Shown: positions 60,347 to 64,000 of the stretch, piece by piece
How positions within the stretch are numbered: position 1 is the first letter of the stretch
How the letters are laid out: every line of letters starts with the position of its first letter
NCBI GenBank assembly: GCA_951406725.2
Contig: OX597829.1
Coordinates: 19,902,001 to 19,966,000 of the forward strand
DNA length: 64,000 nucleotides
Direction of reading: 5' to 3'
From: Octopus vulgaris
Lineage: Eukaryota
The notes under the pieces: model-generated
What the model saw: the letters and a program-made list of their open reading frames with translations, nothing else
The model's database searches: none
What the model was told of the DNA's origin: nothing
Program-made: the position numbers and the translations under genes

Positions 60347-62299
60347 CTACTAATCCATTCTTGTTGCTTTTTTCTTGGTTATATATATATTTACAACAGT
60401 CTTCTTTCAATTTCTGTCTACCAAATCCACTCACAAGCTTTGGTCAGTTTGAGGCCTCAGTAGACGACACATACCCAAAGTGCCACACAGTAGGACTGAA
60501 CCCAGAACCATGTGATTGAGAAGCAAGCTTCTTACCACACAGCCATGCCTGTACCTATGAACTATTTGAAGTTCATAGGGCAATTATATTAAATAGGTTA
60601 AGTCGTTGTTCATATAATTAATGCATTATTATCATTGTTGACATCATCATTTAATGTCTGTTTTCCTGTTGGTATGGGTGAGGTAGTTTGACAGCAACTA
60701 GCAATGCAGAAAAAAACTGCACCAACTTCTATTGTCTGTTTTGGCATGGTTTCTACTGTTGGATGCCCTTCCTAACACCAGCTACTTTACAGAGTGCACT
60801 AGGTGCTTTTTATGTGTCAGCAGCAGCAGTGAAATCACTAAATGACTTGCAGGACAAGACCTCTCAACTGAATGGGAAATAGTATTGAGGGAGAGAGAAA
60901 GTGTCTTGAATTAGAAGAAAAATACATGACTACCTTAGAGAGAGTGGAGGAGGAAGATATGATAGGGAGAGAGAAGAGAGCCTGTACACCCATGTTAGAG
61001 GGCAAATGTATATAGTGAAGTAGGCTGAGGATTGTAGAGGGTGAGTGCGTGGGTGAGTTTGCAAGATACTGAAAGGAGAGGGGGGCTAGAGGAAGGAGGG
61101 GATGTAATGAGTGGGCACTGATAGAGAGAGGGGGTATTAGGTAGATATATTGTGGAGAAGGGTTCAAGGGAACATATGCACAGGTAGGTACATGAGGGAG
61201 AACAGAGGGGAGAAGGAAGGGAGAAACAGCAGGGGTGAGAAGGGACAAGGACATGGATTTTACTTAGCTGGGTGGGTCTTCTTAAGCACAGTAAATCTCT
61301 AATTTGTCCTTTGTTAGGGAGGGATGATGAAAAAAAAATTTATCAATGACTTATATTATTTTCATTCTTTTGACAAGTAAGGGAAGCATCCCCAGGTCTG
61401 TCTTGGTCTTATTTATAATTTAATACATGCAGGAAGCATAGTTAAAAGTATTGTGGTGAAAGTTTCAAATGGTAAGGACAGGCCAAGAACAAGGTAGGCA
61501 GTAAGTGAAGGTCAAAAGGAATGATAAAGAAAGAAATTGTACAAAAACATGCAGTGTATAGGACACGTGTTTAACCCATGTCAACTGAAAAGATTTAAGC
61601 CAGAATGTAAAGTGGTTGGTGTTCAGAACGGCATCCATCAGTAAAAATCTTGCTAAAATTGACCTCGCCTGTGCTTGTGCTGCGTAAAAAGCACTAAGTC
61701 CACTTTGCTGAGTGGTTGGTGTTAGGAAGGGCATCCAGCTGTAAAACTCTTGTCAAAACAGTCACAGATGTCTGGTGCAGGCTTCTGCCTGGCTGGCTCT
61801 TGTGAAATCGTCCCACCCATGCTATGGAATGTAAACATTGAACGACGACAACAACGATGATGATGATGATGACAACAACAATGATGGCAATCATCATCAT
61901 CATTATTATTTAATGTCCGTTCTCCATGCGGGCATGGGTTGGACAGTGGTGATAACAAAGACTGAAAAATATTCAATATTTCTTCCAGTTTTTATATTTC
62001 TTTTCTGAGACCATACTAGACTGAATAGATCTGGATTTGCAATATATTCATGTAGAAAAGCTAAATACTTTCTCTAAAATCAGCCCTATATATATTAGAG
62101 ATAGCAACTAGGCTTAAGCTTAGCAAATTTCTTACCAAACAACAGAAAGGGGATTAAACTTTATTCTTTTAATAGTATCAGCTCAGGGCTGTGGCCATGC
62201 TGGGACATGCAACACTGTAATCTTTTAGCACTGTTTTCCCATTTAAAAAACCAATGCAGAAAAGAAAGTAGGAAAAAACAGCTCAATTAAAATACTTAC

Positions 62300-62349
62300 C
62301 AGTTTTTGGCTGAAGAGTTTTTTCTATCACATGACAGGTTGTTTGTAAA
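62300..62349 (-). CDS. Unidentified protein, internal exon (FTNNLSCDRKNSSAKN)
   Basis: Acceptor GGTTTCTTTTCATAG; donor CTG|GTAAGT; 50 nt, phase 0-2, joins both neighbours in frame. Confidence 0.8.
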
Positions 62350-62592
62350 CTATGAAAAGAAACCAGCGATAGGAGAAATAAGAAAGAATTTTAAAACAGC
62401 ACAAAGAAAATATCAGTGTTAATGTTTGATAACAGAGGACTCCAGTGTAATCCATGGGCAGGAGAGATGCAGCTGAAGTGTACGAGAGTAGAAAGTTCAG
62501 GTAGAATAGTCCAGTGTAGAAGGTGTAAAAGTTCGTTGGGTAACGAGAGGAGACAGGATCAACTGGTGCAACCACGTAAGCATGTAATATAT

Positions 62593-62933
62593 GGGGAGAA
62601 TTCACAAAAAAACAAAGGACGAAGACTGGTGGTGTAAACAACAGGTGTATTAGTTTAACACTCGGGAAGTGAAAAAGTCTTTAACGTTTTGAGTCTATGC
62701 TCTTCTACAGAAAGGAACACAGAAAGAAACAAGGAGAGAAAATAAAGAATGTGTAATGGCTAGTGTTCTCTCTTTATTTTCTCTCTTCGTTTCTTTCTGT
62801 GTTCCTTTCTGTGAAAGAGCATAGGCTTGAAATGTAAAAGACTTTTTCACTTCCTGAGCATTAAACTAATACATCTGTTTGTTGTCTACACTACCTGTCT
62901 TTGTCTTTTGTTTTTTTTTTGTGAATTCTCCCC
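62593..62933. mobile_element. Palindromic Penelope-like remnant with variant hammerhead-like core
   Basis: ~155-bp inverted arms GGGGAGAATTCACAAAAA../..TTTTTGTGAATTCTCCCC; arm consensus CTTT CTGTAGA A GAGC atag GCTC GAAA CGT(T/A) AAAG. Confidence 0.65.
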
Positions 62934-63099
62934 TTAATGTTTAATAAAGCAGAAGCTTCTATGTGGTCACCTAACTTTCTGGAAATAGTAGTCAAATCTC
63001 CCTTGAATCCAACCTTAATATCTTAAATAAAGTAGGATATATTGAACAATGTAGTTTCTGCTATAAAAAAAAATAGGATGTTTGCAGCATTCGACATCT

Positions 63100-63490
63100 T
63101 TAACCCTTTAGCATTCAGATTACTCTGTCAGATGTAATGCTTATTTATTCACATTGCTTTGAATTAATCAAGCATTATCTCATAGCTCTGAGATTTTCAA
63201 TGATGTGGTTGTTTCTTTTTTTAGGGTAAATGTAAGAGGCCAGATGTGGTCAGTTTGAACATTAAATGTGCAGAATATTTGGGCTGGATATTGCTGGTTT
63301 AATCCTTTAGCATTCAGATTACTCTGTCAAATGTAATGCTTGTTTATTCACATTGCTTTGAATTAATCAAGCATTATCTCATAGCTTGGAGATCTCAATG
63401 ATGTTTATTTTTACAACATTGTAGGGAAGGCGTGAAAGGCTGGATCTGGCCAATTTGAACATAAAACAAGCAGAATATTTTGGCTGTATA
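63100..63490 (+). repeat. Two tandem copies (~200 bp) of a TTAACCCTTT-initiated piggyBac-like MITE
   Basis: CCTTTAGCATTCAGATTACTCTGTCA..GAATTAATCAAGCATTATCTCATAGCT at ~63105 and ~63304; a further copy on - at ~47720-47813. Confidence 0.75.
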
Positions 63491-63883
63491 TCATCATCAT
63501 CGTTTAATATCCATCTTCCATGCATGCATAGGTAGTACGGTTGACAGAATCTGGCCAGGTAGAAAACTACCCTAGGCTACTGTGTCTGTTTTGGCAGGGT
63601 TTTTATAGTGGGATGCCCTTCCTAACACCAACCACTCTGTAGAGTGGACTCGTGCATTTTATGTGGCATTAGCATAGGCAAGGTTAGTTTTGGTATGATT
63701 TTTACAGCTGGATATCCTTCCAAATGCCAACCACTTTACAGTGTGGACTGGATGCTTTTACATGGCCTGTTTAATTGCCAAAGGAGTTAAATCATAGATT
63801 TGGTCAACCATGACAGCTCTAGGGACTAAACAATGACAACAGTGTTAAAAACAGTTTCATTGATATAAAATACATCAACTTAC

Positions 63884-63988
63884 AACAATTTCATCAAGAA
63901 CTTCTTTAGAAAGATCAGCAGCAATCACTTGTATTGTAGAACCATTCAAAGGAGCCCATTTCAAACTTCCTTCAAGTTTTGAACAAAT
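63884..63988 (-). CDS. Unidentified protein, internal exon (ICSKLEGSLKWAPLNGSTIQVIAADLSKEVLDEIV); gene continues beyond the window
   Basis: Acceptor TTTTAATTTTAG; donor GTT|GTAAGT; 105 nt, phase 0-0, open frame with globular-protein composition. Confidence 0.85.
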
Positions 63989-64000
63989 CTAAAATTAAAA

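Larger units (their letters stand above)
59720..60383 (-). mobile_element. Penelope-like fold-back insertion: 268-bp near-perfect palindrome plus unique tail, inside the (TA)n tract of a family-A SINE
   Basis: Arms 59835-60102 and 60115-60383 differ by one homopolymer base; 12-nt loop CCTCTGGGAAGT; the SINE halves resume on both sides. Confidence 0.8.

Overview
This is AT-rich, repeat-saturated animal genomic DNA. The tRNA-derived SINEs, RTE LINE tails ending in (TGA)n and microsatellite load fit an octopus (coleoid cephalopod); the taxon is an inference. Two host genes are supported. The first is a SIVA1 homologue on + (coding exon 1 at 26557-26665, exon 2 at 31418-31618), whose Cys-rich C-terminal exons I could not find. 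The second is the last four phase-consistent coding exons of an unidentified gene on - (63988 to the stop at 52352). The rest is mostly mobile DNA: a near-complete 5'-truncated RTE LINE with a solo LTR in its tail, two decayed Ty3/Gypsy elements, an R4/Dong-type fragment, hAT and pogo remnants, and many MITEs. Two observations stand out. (a) A ~190-nt inverted copy of the SIVA1 intron-1/exon-2 junction lies ~500 nt downstream. It could fold over the exon-2 splice acceptor and place an A-C mismatch on the Thr39 codon (candidate splicing or A-to-I editing structure). (b) Several fold-back palindromes carry hammerhead-ribozyme cores. One has a fully canonical core in a 268-bp near-perfect hairpin, arranged so the ribozyme is always transcribed after its own antisense. 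All calls are by eye, with no database searches or folding computations.
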